From Williopsis jadinii (lineage: Eukaryota), in assembly GCA_024346625.1 (NCBI GenBank), contig AP024664.1:1364001-1428000 (forward strand): 64,000 nucleotides of DNA, in the 5' to 3' direction. The notes under the pieces are model-generated. The model had not been told where the DNA came from and did not search any database. It saw only the letters and a list, made by a program, of their open reading frames with translations. Shown here one piece after another: positions 46,913-59,752 of the stretch. The stretch's first letter is position 1. Every line of letters begins with the position of its first letter. A program made the translations under genes and the position numbers.

Positions 46913-48708
46913 TCAATTAACGTATTGTAGAATTTGCTGTGTCAAATTGTACAACTCTACTTTAGGATCTTCATATTGGTCTTCTGCGTTGGTAGCATCT
47001 GTTCCATTTTGTGCAGCAGCAAGGTTATCGATTGCTAGTTTCTTTATAGCATTGACAATATCGCTATTCTCTTTAACCAAATTCTCAACCTCGTTGTTTT
47101 CACTCTCCAAGAGCTGTAATATAGTCCACAACGCAATGTGTTCGAATGTTGGGTTTTCAGAGTTCAAGAATCTGATTAGGAATCCGCATACACCATCCTT
47201 TGGTGTATTCCAATTGGCAATGATTTGTTTGTAATCTCTTAGCCTAGAGCACAAGTTTGCCAAAGCAGCGGCAGCATTCCCACAAACCTCCCCGTTCGAA
47301 GAGAATGTCAATGGGATCAGAACATCGATCAAGCCAATATCCAATAACTTTATTTTCAAATCATCAGCCAGTGCTAAGATGGCAAAGCACGCAGATATTT
47401 CAGACTGGACACTGACAGGGGTATGGAGTACCAACTCTTTACATTTGAGAACGGCATCTGCCTCTAACAACTCCAGTCTGTTTCTTTCAGAGCTTGCAGC
47501 CAAGTTTCTCAAAGTGGATACAGCATGGCATTGGATTTCCTCAGAGTCATTGTAATCCAACAACGCCACTAAAGGTTTGAGGAATCCTGCGTCAATGATG
47601 AGTCCCTCGTTCAAAGGATGGATCGAGATGTTCCTAATACAAGCCACAGCGGCAAGGACTAGAGGTTGATGAGAGGACTGAAGTAGCTTAACTAGGTGTG
47701 GCAATCCACCAGCTCTAACAATTTCCAACTGGTAGCCCGCATCAGATGCCAAGTTTCTTAAAGCCAGCGTAGCTTGACATTGAACCCTTGCAGAGTTAGA
47801 ATCCATCAACTGAACCAACTGTGTTACCAATCTTGGTTCTGTCTGCGATAGTTTCTTTCTGTTTGCCTCGTCAACTGCGATGTTGGACAAGGCGGTTGTA
47901 CAGTAGTACTGAACATCTGCATCTGGAGATGAGAGTAGGGACACCAACACAGGTACTGCACCAGCATTCACCAATTCTTGTCTATTTTCATTAGAGTGTG
48001 TCATGTTTAACAATGCACCAGTGGCGTTTCTCTGAACTCTCAAGTCCCTTGATTTGGCCAATTTAGTCAGTGGGACTAAGGCACCGGATCTTGCAATCTT
48101 GGCCTTGTTATCATCCTGGGTTGCCAAATTTGTGATACAACCAACAGCGTTACACTGCACTTCGATGTTTGGAGAGAGCATTTGGCGGATAAGCGGTTCT
48201 AGCCCGCCCATATCCACTATAAGGATCTTGTTTTCATTGTTGACAGCCAAGTTCCCCAACGCAGCACATGCGGCTCTCTGAACCTCAGCGTCAGGACTCT
48301 GTAGCAGTATTAGAATTGGCTCCAAGACCTCCCTGTCCACCGGCTTCACGTTCTTCTCCGTGATCTCTGCGAACGCCAACGCAGCGCTTCTCTGGAGGTC
48401 AATGTTGTCGGAGTACACCAACGTGCTCAAGGCCCTTAGAGGACCATGGCTGAAGAAGTCAACCTCACTTCGGTTCTCGAGGTATTGTAGCAAGGCGGCA
48501 ATCGCCTCACGCTCGTTCTCGGCCAGCAGGGGCTGGTATTCACTACCAGAACCACGTCCTTGGTCATTGTTAGTACCTGTGTTGTTATATCGAGAGAGCT
48601 TCGCCCCTACACATGAGTCAAGGAGTGCGTGGTGTTTATCCACACAACACGGGGCAAAACACACACAGAAACAGACTCACCTGTAAAACAACTGCAACAA
48701 ACACCCAT
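46913..48708 (-). CDS. VAC8: Armadillo-repeat vacuolar protein Vac8; exons 48708-48681 and probably 48558-46913
   Basis: Exon 1 MGVCCSCFT (myristoylation/palmitoylation motif); GTGAGT...TACTAAC...[13 protein letters not shown] repeats. Confidence 0.95.
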
Positions 48709-49398
48709 ATTTGCCTTCCCAGTCTTTCACTCGGTTGTGCTGATATTACTCAAAAGATCGATGTTTGATATGTGTGGTGTATATGACTTATCCCAAGGTC
48801 GGGTTGTGCCTGTGTTCCTTCTCCAGCGTTCCCTTGAGGAGAATGTGCTTATCGCTCGAATCCCCCTTCAATCGACAAGACGTTTACAGCTTTGCTTCCG
48901 TCTAAAACAGCGAGCTTCTATGTCCTTCGCCAAAGAGATCCCGTCCTTGTACTGAGAAACCCTCCACAGAATGTATATATATGAATATATATATATATCA
49001 ACACACGTTGTGGCAAAGTGAGCGTAAACGGTTTGTTTTCGTTTTGGTTTTCCGAGGAATCCTTTTCGCAAGAGCTGTTGAAGTTTTTACTTGTTTTCAC
49101 GTTCCAAGTTTTTCTTTTCTGTGTGTCGTTTCTGGCGCGCGCTCGCGCTTTTGGCAAGGCACCAGCGCTTTTGCGATTGCTTTGGGGCCTTTTTGGCCCA
49201 TCGCGGCGGGGTGGGCAAGCGCCGGCGACGCGCGTTTTAACCCTTTTCCGCTGAGAGGAGCCTTCTGTTACGGGCCACACGCACAGACGTGCCGGCCTCT
49301 CTCGGCCTCTGTTTGACGGTCTACGTTGTTTACAATGACACATTTTAGCGTGATGGAAGCGGTAATGAGGTGCTATAGAACTGTAGAGGATGTATTCA

Positions 49399-51016
49399 TC
49401 ACTGTTCTACAACGTCCAGTTCGACGACGAACTCGCCGTCGAACCAGTTGCGGTCGAACTTACGTAGTTTCCCCTGCTTGAACAGCTTGTGTGGCATACC
49501 AACGTCAACGAGGTAATGGGTCCAGTCGCCCTTTTGAGAAACGTGGTTGGAGTAGGAGAGCACGAGCCCGTTGACCGGTAGTCCCGTGCTCACAACAAAC
49601 CTGGCCTCTATTGGGGTTCTCTCGGACAACAACCCTGATCCTGCGTCGATTCCTGAGGGAACGTCTAGTGAGATCACCTTAATTGCCTGTTCGTTGACCC
49701 ACGATATGATATGCTGTGCGTTGTCTAGCTCAGACCCCCATAGGTCTCCGAGACTCGTGTCGTAGCCCTGTAGTCCGTCCACAACAACCTCTGGTGGCGT
49801 CTCGACACTGGTGATTATCGTCAGAAGTTCTGTGAGTGCAAACGCTAGTTTACCTCCAACCGCTTCAAACATCTCCAGTTGTTGTTTGACAATGTCATCC
49901 AACTCGTCCGTGGCTTTAAAGTCCGTTAACGTGTATGCAATGACTCTGACACCGTGGTTGAGCAAATGGCGTCCCGTGGCTAACGATCTAGCACCGGATC
50001 TGTTGTTGCCCACCAAGAGCAACACTAATGGTGGTAGATTGTGATTAGACTTGGATATTCTGGAACTTCCCCCGAGCATCTTGAATACTAAGCTCGCAAT
50101 CCCTCTAGAGGCATTTTCAGTGATGATTGTTGGGGTCACCTTAAAGTTCTCAGAACAGAGCCTTTCAATCTCAATCAACTGAACAGGAGTGGCCAAGGGC
50201 AAAGGCTCCTTGTTCTTGGATAACAACTGATACCCTCTTGTTTCCAGAGATGGTGATCTCTTGCTGCCAGCAGGAGTGGCTGAAGGCTTAGGAGTCGAGG
50301 AAGCACTTGAGGCGCGTGGTTGGATCATCGCCAATAAAGCAGCAGATGCCTCTTTATTGGATGATGACGATGTAGCTGCAATTCCCGTAGATACAGCCTT
50401 ATGGTCGTCCCACTTGTCCACTTTGTTCTCTATAACGTTCTCGTCATGGCCATACTTCGTCTTAACCTTGTTATGAGTCACCAGCCTATCAGCAGAGTCA
50501 ACAGTATCGTTCAGTTCAAACTCTTCCAGAGCACGACGCTTGTCAAAGTCAGCGGTGCTTCCAGCAAAATCAAACTCGTCCCCCAGTTTGATCTGTGAAA
50601 CGTCATCTCCCCACATGATCTCCCCATCGTTACTGTATACGTTTCTCTTCTTATTCTTGGTGCTCTTTCTACTGTTGCTGTTCGCTTCACTGGAGAACAC
50701 AACCTCGTCCTGCGTAGATGGCGCAGAGCTCGTCTTCTTCTTCTTGCCCTTCTGCAACTCCAATGGTAGCTCAGTCACCTTGATGTTTCTGATCTCCGGC
50801 CCAGCCACCGTGAAACAGTCAGTCCTCTTCCCGTTGATAACAACTAATCACATTAGTACACCAAAACACAGAGCACAGTACAAAGAACTACCTCGACAAG
50901 CACAACTCACCATCGTTCAGCGTAAGCACCTTATCCTTAACAGAAACAACTCTCCCTTTCAACGAGCCCTTGTTCTTCAGTGTAACATCAACACCAAATC
51001 CAACTACTGAAACCAT
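49399..51016 (-). CDS. EDC3: Enhancer of decapping Edc3; exons 51016-50911 and 50843-49399
   Basis: Spliced N-terminal Lsm-like domain, FDF motif (EFDFAG...FDK), YjeF_N domain. Confidence 0.9.
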
Positions 51017-51218
51017 TGCTCTGCTTGTTGTTGTTGTTGTCTCTGTTTGTTGATCAGCACGTTATGAACCTTTTGTTTTCGCTTTGTTTACGACGTGTGT
51101 CTTTGTTTGTGTTTGTTTTTTTCCTTCTTTCTGTGAAGATTTTCCACACAAACGCTTCACTAATCAACAACACAACAAGAGCTTAGTGCCCGTAGAACAG
51201 AAACCTTTGCGAGAAGAA

Positions 51219-53150
51219 ATGGCTCAATTATCGCTTGCTGATGTTGACAGTGTGGTGGAGCTACCCACTGACAGCTTCAAGGCCTCGATAACGCCTGATA
51301 AGACGTTTTTGAACGACAACCCAGATTGGCTCGCTGCACGGAAGCTGGTGGTAAGTGTTGTGATGATGCTCTGATGATTGAGTACGACTGACTAACGACT
51401 GAAATATTAGGACCAATCACCACACGAGTTTGCGCCCTGGAACTCGCTGGTAACCATTACGGAACAGCTGTTGACGAAATACCCTACACCTTCACAAGCG
51501 GTGAAGGATGTCATCACGTCGACTTTTGATGAGCTTTTGACGAGGTTCCCGTTGTTCTTTGGGTATTGGAAAAAGTATACATCGTTACAATACCAGATGA
51601 ATGGGCTAGATGAAAGCATCAAAGTGCTGTCTCGGTCGCTAGTGGCGTTCCCTAGTTCTGTGGATCTGTGGGTAGACTACTTGACGATTCTTGTATCCAA
51701 CTGTCAGGACAAGTCCAAGATCAAGCTGGAGTTCGAGACAGCTATTAGCAATGTGGGACACCACTTCCTGTCACATGAAGTATGGGACAAGTACATCGAG
51801 TGGGAACAAGGGCAGAATAACTCTCTGGAAGTGATCAAGATCCTGCTCAGAGTTATTCGTATTCCTCTACATCAATATTCGAGGTATTATCAGAGCTTCA
51901 ACACTATGAGACAAACAATATCTGCTCAACAGCTTCAGGAGTTGGATAAGCAGCTAGAATCAGCTACTGGAGCTGACGAATATTACAATACCATCTTTCT
52001 CCAAACCCAGGAATACGTCAGTGCTATATGGCCGTTTGAGTCACAGATTAAGCAGCCGTATTTCAACATTACACCCTTGTCTGACGAGGAGGTGGAAATA
52101 TGGGACTCTTACTTGAACCTTCTGATACAAAGACACACCACTGATCCCTCTCCTCTTAATAAAGATCAAACAGTGACGACGTTTGAGAGGGCCATTGTTC
52201 CCACAGCACTGGCATCGAAATTTTGGTTCAAATACTTGTCATGGTACATCACAAACTATTCAGATGAGTTCGAGCCTCTTAACAACATTTATAGAAAGAT
52301 ACTAGATGTATTTCTACCTGTTTCCATGACACTGAAACTGAGGCTGAACTACGCCTCGTTCCTAGAATTCCACAACAGAGACACTCAAACAGTTGCAGAG
52401 GTTTATCTCGGCATCATGAAGCACGCACACTCAAAGAACGACTATGAGCCTGTGTCCAGGTATATTCATTATATTTGCAGAACAGAGAATGACTTTACCA
52501 AGGTGGCCAAATGGCTTGATTCTGTTGTGACGGTGTTCTATAAACCTCAAACAGCTTCAGACATTGGTATAAAGAGATTTGCTACGCTGTTGAATACCAG
52601 AACCATAGTCATTCCCATTGTTGAGCTGATAAACATCAACTGGATTCATCTAAAGAACGACTCCAACGTTAGAAAATATTTGGCTCAGTTCTCCCTGGCT
52701 GAAGATCTCTTTGGAAGCTCTCCATTTTGGACTTTGAAGTACAAGTACTTCAAGTACTATAGGGACTACCAGGAACTCGAGCAAACTGTTGCATTCATCA
52801 AAGACAAGTCGTCTTTGCCTTTAACTGTCATCAATGCCATTCTTCTGGACTACACAGATGTCCTAGCACAACAGGTGCCCGAATCCCTATCGACGCAAAG
52901 TGCCTACGAGACGATAAACTCCTTGGAGTACTTCGTCTCTAACCCATTCTCCTCGAGATATGAACAGGATGAACAGTTGAAGAAGAGACTATGGCAGGAG
53001 AGTGGCCATCCTGCCGTTTCCATACAGAAACCGTTCATAGTGAACAGTGTACTGTCTAAAAACGTCAGTGAAACTGAGCCGTTGCCAATGCCATCGTTCA
53101 AGAACGTTGAAAGGGCAAATGCTAAGATTGTTTATATTGAGAATGAATAA
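51219..53150 (+). CDS. PRP39: U1 snRNP HAT-repeat protein Prp39; exons 51219-51350 and 51411-53150
   Basis: GTAAGT...GACTAAC...TAG intron; FPLFFGYWKKY, FPSSVDLWVDYL, FLSHEVWDKYIEWE. Confidence 0.85.
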
Positions 53151-53338
53151 AACATCAAGCTGTGTTTGTTTTTTTTGTTGATCTTTGTATCCCAGCCAGT
53201 GAGAGAGCTTAGAACTACGCTGACCCACCTCGGCAGCTGCGCAGAGAGGGACGGGGAAGGAAAAAAAAATTTCATGCGATGAGCTACTGATACCAACGCT
53301 AGACAGAACCACGCAGATAAACACAGTGTGGCACTACA

Positions 53339-55027
53339 ATGAGTGTAACGGAGCCATTGAAGAGGGCAGCATCGCCAGCAAGAGCTGGTGAAGGAGCTGT
53401 ATCTCCAGTTCATAAGAAGCAAGACACCTCTGAGAATAAGCCTGTCAAGAAACAACACCACCAGAAGAAGCGTAAATACAAGGCCAAGAACGTTGATCCT
53501 ACCTCTCCGAGTGGTGTGCTACAGTTTGAAATTGAACAGATTCTTGCCGAAAGGGAGATCACCGAGAGTGATATTCAGAACGATATCAGTGGTGTGTTGA
53601 ACGATGAATCTATTGCCGCCCAGTACCATCGTAACGTGACAGATGTTGAGATCATTGCGCTAACGTCCAACGCTGAAGGGTTGGCTCTGATTGCCAACCC
53701 ACTGGATCCTAAAAAGAAGCAGGTTGTCATTGTTCCGTTTGCCATTACTGGCGATATCTGTGAAATCCGTGTCTTCAAGACACATCCTAACTACGTCGAG
53801 AGTGATCTCCTCAAGATTCTTAAACCATCTCCTGAAAGACAGGATGAGCTGATACGATGCCGTTATTTCGGCAAGTGCTCAGGATGCCAGTATCAGGAGT
53901 TGCCATATGCTACTCAGCTCGAGTACAAGCGTCGTACAGTGGAAAACGCGTACGCACATTTGGCACCTGATCTCTTAAAGCAGGGGAAGTTGCCAGAAAT
54001 TGGCGAGACCGTTGCATCACCAAAGCAGTTTGGCTATAGAACTAAGCTGACACCACATTTTGACCTTCCAAGAAAGAAGACGTTAACCTACAGACCAACT
54101 CTCGGATTTGGCTCAAAGGGCAAACCAACCTGGAGAGACACTGACGGTGGAGACTCCGGTGTCGTCGATATTGAAGAGTGTATCATAGGTACTCCTATCA
54201 TCAATGTTGGTATGGCCAACGAAAGACGTCAGTTCGAGCTGGATTGGAAGAAATATAAGAAAGGTGCCACGATCTTGTTGAGAGAGCACACCAGAGTAGC
54301 CACGGAGAGTTGCAATACTATAGAATTCAATAATGAACAGGAAGGTTCCAGAGACGAAGCCGGTAACGTTAGTGTTATTGTTGATAAGAACGGTGATGAC
54401 GTGCTTGTGAAGTCATGTGTTACAAACACCAGACAAATCGTCACTGAGTACATCAATGGGTTTACATTTGAGTTCTGTGCTGGCGAGTTCTTCCAGAATA
54501 ACAACTCCATTCTACCTATTGTCACTGAATATGTCTGCTCAAACCTACAGATCCCTCGCAAAGAAGGAGACCCCCTCTATCTGGTCGATGCTTATTGTGG
54601 CTCCGGTCTCTTCAGTATCACAGCATCGAAGGGTGTTGACAGGGTCGTTGGAGTGGACGTTTCAAAGGAATCCATCAAATTTGCTACGAAGAACGCTGAG
54701 AGAAACGGTGTCAAGAATGCCACCTTCATCGACGGCCAAGCCGAAAAGATCTTTGGCTCCATTGATACCCCAAGTGACTTGACTTCGGTGATCATTGATC
54801 CTTCAAGAAAGGGATGCGACGAGGTATTCTTGAACCAATTGTCCGATTACAGACCAGCTAGGGTAGTGTATGTCAGTTGTAATGTTCACTCACAGGCAAG
54901 AGATATCCAGTGGTTCTTGAACAGCACGAAAAACGGTGGAGAGTACAAGGTGGAGAGCATTAGAGGATTTGATTTCTTCCCACAGACACACCACGTAGAA
55001 GGTGTTGCTGTTCTGAGTAGAATTTAG
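53339..55027 (+). CDS. TRM2: tRNA m5U54 methyltransferase
   Basis: CRYFGKCSGCQYQ, FFQNN, DAYCGSG, YVSCN, DFFPQTHHVE. Confidence 0.95.
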   Translation: MSVTEPLKRAASPARAGEGAVSPVHKKQDTSENKPVKKQHHQKKRKYKAKNVDPTSPSGVLQFEIEQILAEREITESDIQNDISGVLNDESIAAQYHRNVTDVEIIALTSNAEGLALIANPLDPKKKQVVIVPFAITGDICEIRVFKTHPNYVESDLLKILKPSPERQDELIRCRYFGKCSGCQYQELPYATQLEYKRRTVENAYAHLAPDLLKQGKLPEIGETVASPKQFGYRTKLTPHFDLPRKKTLTYRPTLGFGSKGKPTWRDTDGGDSGVVDIEECIIGTPIINVGMANERRQFELDWKKYKKGATILLREHTRVATESCNTIEFNNEQEGSRDEAGNVSVIVDKNGDDVLVKSCVTNTRQIVTEYINGFTFEFCAGEFFQNNNSILPIVTEYVCSNLQIPRKEGDPLYLVDAYCGSGLFSITASKGVDRVVGVDVSKESIKFATKNAERNGVKNATFIDGQAEKIFGSIDTPSDLTSVIIDPSRKGCDEVFLNQLSDYRPARVVYVSCNVHSQARDIQWFLNSTKNGGEYKVESIRGFDFFPQTHHVEGVAVLSRI

Positions 55028-55137
55028 TACTAATATCACTGCAATTATATATTTCACTGTTATGTTGGTTATGGTGTAGTGACGATGCGGTGCATGGCTT
55101 TCAGCCGAGCTCCGACGCTTTCAAAATTGTAGACCTA

Positions 55138-55160
55138 GTCACGTGCGTGGCCTTAGGGCT
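55138..55160. promoter_or_regulatory. Cbf1 plus Tbf1-type sites upstream of RPS21
   Basis: GTCACGTG 55138-55145 and TTAGGGCT 55153-55160. Confidence 0.65.
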
Positions 55161-55307
55161 TCGAACATTGTCGCGGTTCGCGGAACACCAAACAAAATTT
55201 TTCACCAGTCCCAGAGCCACTGGAAAAACAAAAGTGTTGAAAGTTCAACACCACTATCAACACCACAGTTGAAGGATTCTGAATAACACATAGAAGACTA
55301 CGCCAAA

Positions 55308-56026
55308 ATGGAAAACGATAAGGGTCAACTCGTAAGTTTGAGAGCGTACACGGTGGATGTGTGATGGAGATGAGTTGAGTTGTGTTGTGTTCTGAAAGTT
55401 TTATGGCCCTGGATGGAGTTTACTTCGAGACGAGATGATGTCCAGTAATTTGGCGAACAGATAAAGGGTGTACGAAGTAATAGCAGAGTCAGCTGGCGTA
55501 ACGAGTATGATATATGTTGAGAAGAGTCTTGTATAATTTGCTGAAGAAACTAAAGTTTCGCTAAAGACTTGTTTTTGGATCATTTTACTCTCTTCCTGTT
55601 CACACATGAGCAGTGTTCTATCACTTGATCCATAAATCATGCTGCTGAAATACACGAAGAGCAACCCCTCACATCTCCCTTTCAACAGGGCACATCGAGC
55701 ACCATACAGTCAACTCTACTCCACGCACGTACCACGCGGAAGCACAAGTTTGAACTTCATAGCAGCTACTAACACCAAAATCCTAGGTTGAATTGTACGT
55801 TCCAAGAAAGTGCTCTGCCACCAACAGAATTATCAAGGCTAAGGACCACGCTTCTGTCCAAATCAACATTGTCAACGTTGACGAGTCTGGTCGTGCTATC
55901 CCAGGTTCTTTCACCACCTACGCTCTTTCCGGTTACGTTAGAGCCCGTGGTGAGGCTGATGACTCCTTGAACAGATTGGCTTCCAAGGATGGTTTGTTGA
56001 AGAACGTCTGGTCTTACTCCCGTTAA
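55308..56026 (+). CDS. RPS21: 40S ribosomal protein S21 (eS21); exons 55308-55331 and 55787-56026
   Basis: [28 protein letters not shown]...TACTAAC...TAG. Confidence 0.96.
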
Positions 56027-56533
56027 AGAGAGATGGATTGTATTAAAGTCATGTTCATTTTTTAATATAAGGAAAAGCAAAAAGGTTTACGGAACCGTAG
56101 GCTCCACCGGTGTGTATGTGCTGTAGGTGCTTCTCTTGCACGGCAAGGAGAAGAGTAGAAACTGATGATCTCAAAGGCGATTTTGAAATGTTGGTGGGCT
56201 TAAGCTGTACTTGCCAGCCAAGGTGCGAATATCTCCAGTGCGCTGGCTGAGGCAGACATGCTCCATATTGTAACGTACATGGCACCCAATTAGGACTTCA
56301 AACCTGCCTTGAAATATGGCATACTTGTGTGTGTGCATTGTTAGGTTTCCAACTAAACTGAGCACCATCTGATGGTTGTATATAATATTTTACGCATTCC
56401 CCGGCACAACCCCCACCACCAAAAGCGTAAGCTTAGCAAGCCCAATTGTCGCCCTACTGGGCCTAAATACACCGCTTTATCGGCCAGGCCGTCGATCTTC
56501 ACATATGTTATCCAACTTTGGCCTGTTTGCTTT

Positions 56534-57075
56534 CCCCTGTTTGTTTGTTTGTTGGCACTGTGCATGTGTATTATTCATGCGAGATCCCCTACAGCCAAAA
56601 GCCAGACTTGGCTCCTCCTGTTCAGCCTGCGAGCCTCCGTGCGCTGCGCACTGCGCACTACACGCTAGGCAGGTTTACTCACTCAGAGGCATCAACATTT
56701 GACAAGGGAAGGTTTAGTGGAGCCAATTGGCCAGCAACAGGGAAATCATCAGCGCTGGGTGCTCTGCCCACCGCTTGCTCCGCTGAACAGCAGTTCCCAC
56801 AGTCCCAGCACATGCCCAAGCACTGCCTACTGTAAGCAGAGACCCGAGCCAAGTCGCAGAGACGTGGGCTGAACTGTGTTAGACAGGCGCACTCCCCAGG
56901 GGGAGGGGGCGCCGGGCACGCACGCAATCTGCCGGGCGATGGTTGCACCTCTGCCCAGCGTCGGGAGCCTCTCTTTGCGTTTTAACCCAATTGGGCAGAA
57001 ATCAAAACACAACAGGCTCGGATAAGCTCAACGTTACATACAGCACCAAGCAGCTAAATGACACAATTTTAGGGG
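56534..57075. promoter_or_regulatory. STRE-like (CCCCT/AGGGG) cluster upstream of glycogenin
   Basis: Sites at 56534, 56586, 56898, 56904 and 57071. Confidence 0.45.
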
Positions 57076-57370
57076 GGCGGCACCAGGAAACCACATGGAC
57101 AGAGAGGAAGAGACAACGAGAGAGGACGAAAATTTTCCTTTGCTTCTCAATTGATACCTCGCTTGTACCATTGTGTATATACTTTGCCTGGTTAACTATA
57201 TCTGAGGACCTTGTCGTTTGTCTCTGTTTGTATTATCCATTCGTTTGCGGGTTGTGTGGGTGTAACGTCACTCATTGTTGTCAACTCTTTTTTGCATAAG
57301 GTATTAAGCTGGGAAGACTTCTCACTGGCATTATACATCTCTCTGCCACGCACTCTACCCGAAGCTTTAG

Positions 57371-59265
57371 ATGAAGGCCATCTCTACTTTGCTCTTTTCG
57401 AGTTCGTATCTGCCAGGTGCCATTGTGCTTGGTAAGACTGTTCGCCAGCAGGGGATCTCGGAGGGTACAGAACTGGTTGTCATTGTCGGATGTCTCTTAT
57501 CTGAATTTGAACAAAATCTACTCCAAGTAAGTGTTCCGAGGTGCCGTAATAGCCCTCCTCATAGGTTTGCCTGATCAACACAGTCCCTGGTGGAACCGCT
57601 CGTTGTTCTCTCCAGCCGCCGTGGGCGCTGGGTCGAATAGCTGCTCATGTCCGCCTCGTAGTGTGTCCCTGATCGGCACTATCTTAGTGAAACCGTATAC
57701 TGACATGAACGTCCATATAGAGTGTCTTTGATCGTGTCATTGACGTGTCGCTTATCCGTGCCTCCCCGTCAGAGGAGCTGAAACTGTTGGGACGTCCCGA
57801 ACTGGGACCAACATTCTCCAAGATTAACCTGTTTGCACTCACGCAGTACGACCAGGTCTTGTACCTGGACGCCGATACCTTGCCTGTTCAGCGTGTAGCT
57901 GACTTGCTTGACACGTACTCTGTTGAGGAGTCGCAGATCTTGGCTGCTCCAGACTGTGGGTGGCCTGATATCTTCAACAGTGGTGTCTTTGTCATCAAAC
58001 CTTCTCAGGACACGTTTGACGACCTGCTGTCAATCGTTCGAACTTCTAACAAGCCTTCCTTTGACGGAGCAGACCAGGGTTTACTAAACGAATACTTCAC
58101 AGTGAGACCTGACAAGGAATGGCTCAGACTGCCATTCGTGTACAACGTTACACCTTCTGGAGGATACGAGTACTTGCCAGCCTATAAGTTCTTTGCGGAT
58201 GATGTTAAACTTATCCACTACATCGGAGCGACGAAGCCTTGGGATTGCGACAGATGGGATTCCATTGCGATGAGAGGAAGGTGGTGGTCTAAATATGCAG
58301 AGTTCTTCCATGATAAGCCGCCATTGGAGTCGATCCACGGTATTGTGCCATACTACTTTGAGCCAGTGGTTGAGCCAGTATACGTTGAAGAAGCACCGGT
58401 TGAGCCAGCTTTCGAAGAGCCGTACCTTGAACAGGCAGTGCCAGACGAAGATCATTATCAACCAGAGACTGAATACCATCCATACGAGGAAACTAAGGAG
58501 ATCCTGTTAAACCCTGAATCTTACCAGTACTTTGACACTGTTCCAATCGTTGAAAGTTGGGATCCTGCGCATTCTGAACCTCCAAAGCATGGTAAGCCTG
58601 AAGCACAGAATTTCCCTGATTTGCACATGGTGAATCTATGGTCTAACGATGCAACATGGGATGAACCTAGTGAATTTACCTATGAAGAAGATAACGAAGA
58701 ACCGTGGGAAGAGCCTTTACCTCCACCTCTATTCCCATGGGAGTTTGAGCCTCGTGAAAAAGCTGAACGTGTATTTGATCCATCGCTCGGACCTAATAAC
58801 TGGGATGACATACCTTTAATTCAACGTATCAAGGAACTCCAGCTCGAAGAGGCCAATAAGTCGCAGAGCGAGACGGGAACTGCTGTGGAAAAGAACGAGG
58901 ATGAGATTGAAAGACTGAGGGAGATTGAAGAACGGTACACCGGTGATATTGCAGACGACGTTGCTGAGGATGCCATTGAGGACGGCTTCTTAGATGTCAT
59001 TAAGCAGGAAGATGAAGACGAAGAAGCCCTATTGGATGAACTTGAAAAGGCAAAGAACGTGGTTCTTACCCCTCAGGTGCCTACTTCTGTGGAGCAGGCA
59101 CTGGATAAGTTGGATGCACTGGTGCAGTCCAACAAAAGATACACCGATGACATCAAGGACGACATTGCAGAGGACGCAATCGAAGAAGGCGTGCTGGATG
59201 TCATCGAGGACGAGACAGCAGCGGAGGAGAAACTCATTGAAGAGGATGAGAAGCTGAAGACCTGA
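57371..59265 (+). CDS. GLG1: Glycogenin (GT8); exons 57371-57526 and 57721-59265
   Basis: Spliced SYLPGAIVLG...LLGRPEL..TFSK, YLDADT, APDCGWPDIFNSG, FDGADQGLLN, HYIG..KPW. Confidence 0.9.
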
Positions 59266-59752
59266 AGCAAAGGTGCAAGATCGAGAGAGGCTGCATAAAC
59301 TCCATAATGTAAACTACTAATACCAAATAACAACACACATTGCCCGTATACACGATAATAAACTAATTCCAATGCCTCGGCTGTGTAGCTCTTCTGTGCT
59401 CTGTGCCACCATTGGCCCAATTGAAAGCACTCTTTACAGCCCTGGGCTCCTACAACGCCATAAAGCCAACATGTGATGGAGAGCGGGCTCGGCTTAGATA
59501 ATGTGCACGTGACCATGGCTTACGTAAGCAACGTCCATCGCCAGAATTTTAAACTTTTTTCGTTTTTCGTGTTTTTTTTTGCGCTGTGTTTTTCGTTTTT
59601 GTGGTTTGTCTGTACGCTGAAAATTTTTTTGAGCGCCTTCCAACAGAGAAAAAAAACTTTCAATGTTCTCTTCTTCCCTTCAAAACTTCTCTTTTTCTCT
59701 CTTCTCCAATTAACTTATTCCATTAAGAATATCCCATTAGTATTAACACATA

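Noticed and set aside
51351..51410. TGATGA and CTGA words in the PRP39 intron
   Set aside because: The intron is 60 nt and the boxes are adjacent, leaving no room for a snoRNA.
55332..55786. Possible snoRNA in the 455-nt RPS21 intron
   Set aside because: Only partial C-box-like words; no convincing C/D pair with an rRNA guide or terminal stem.
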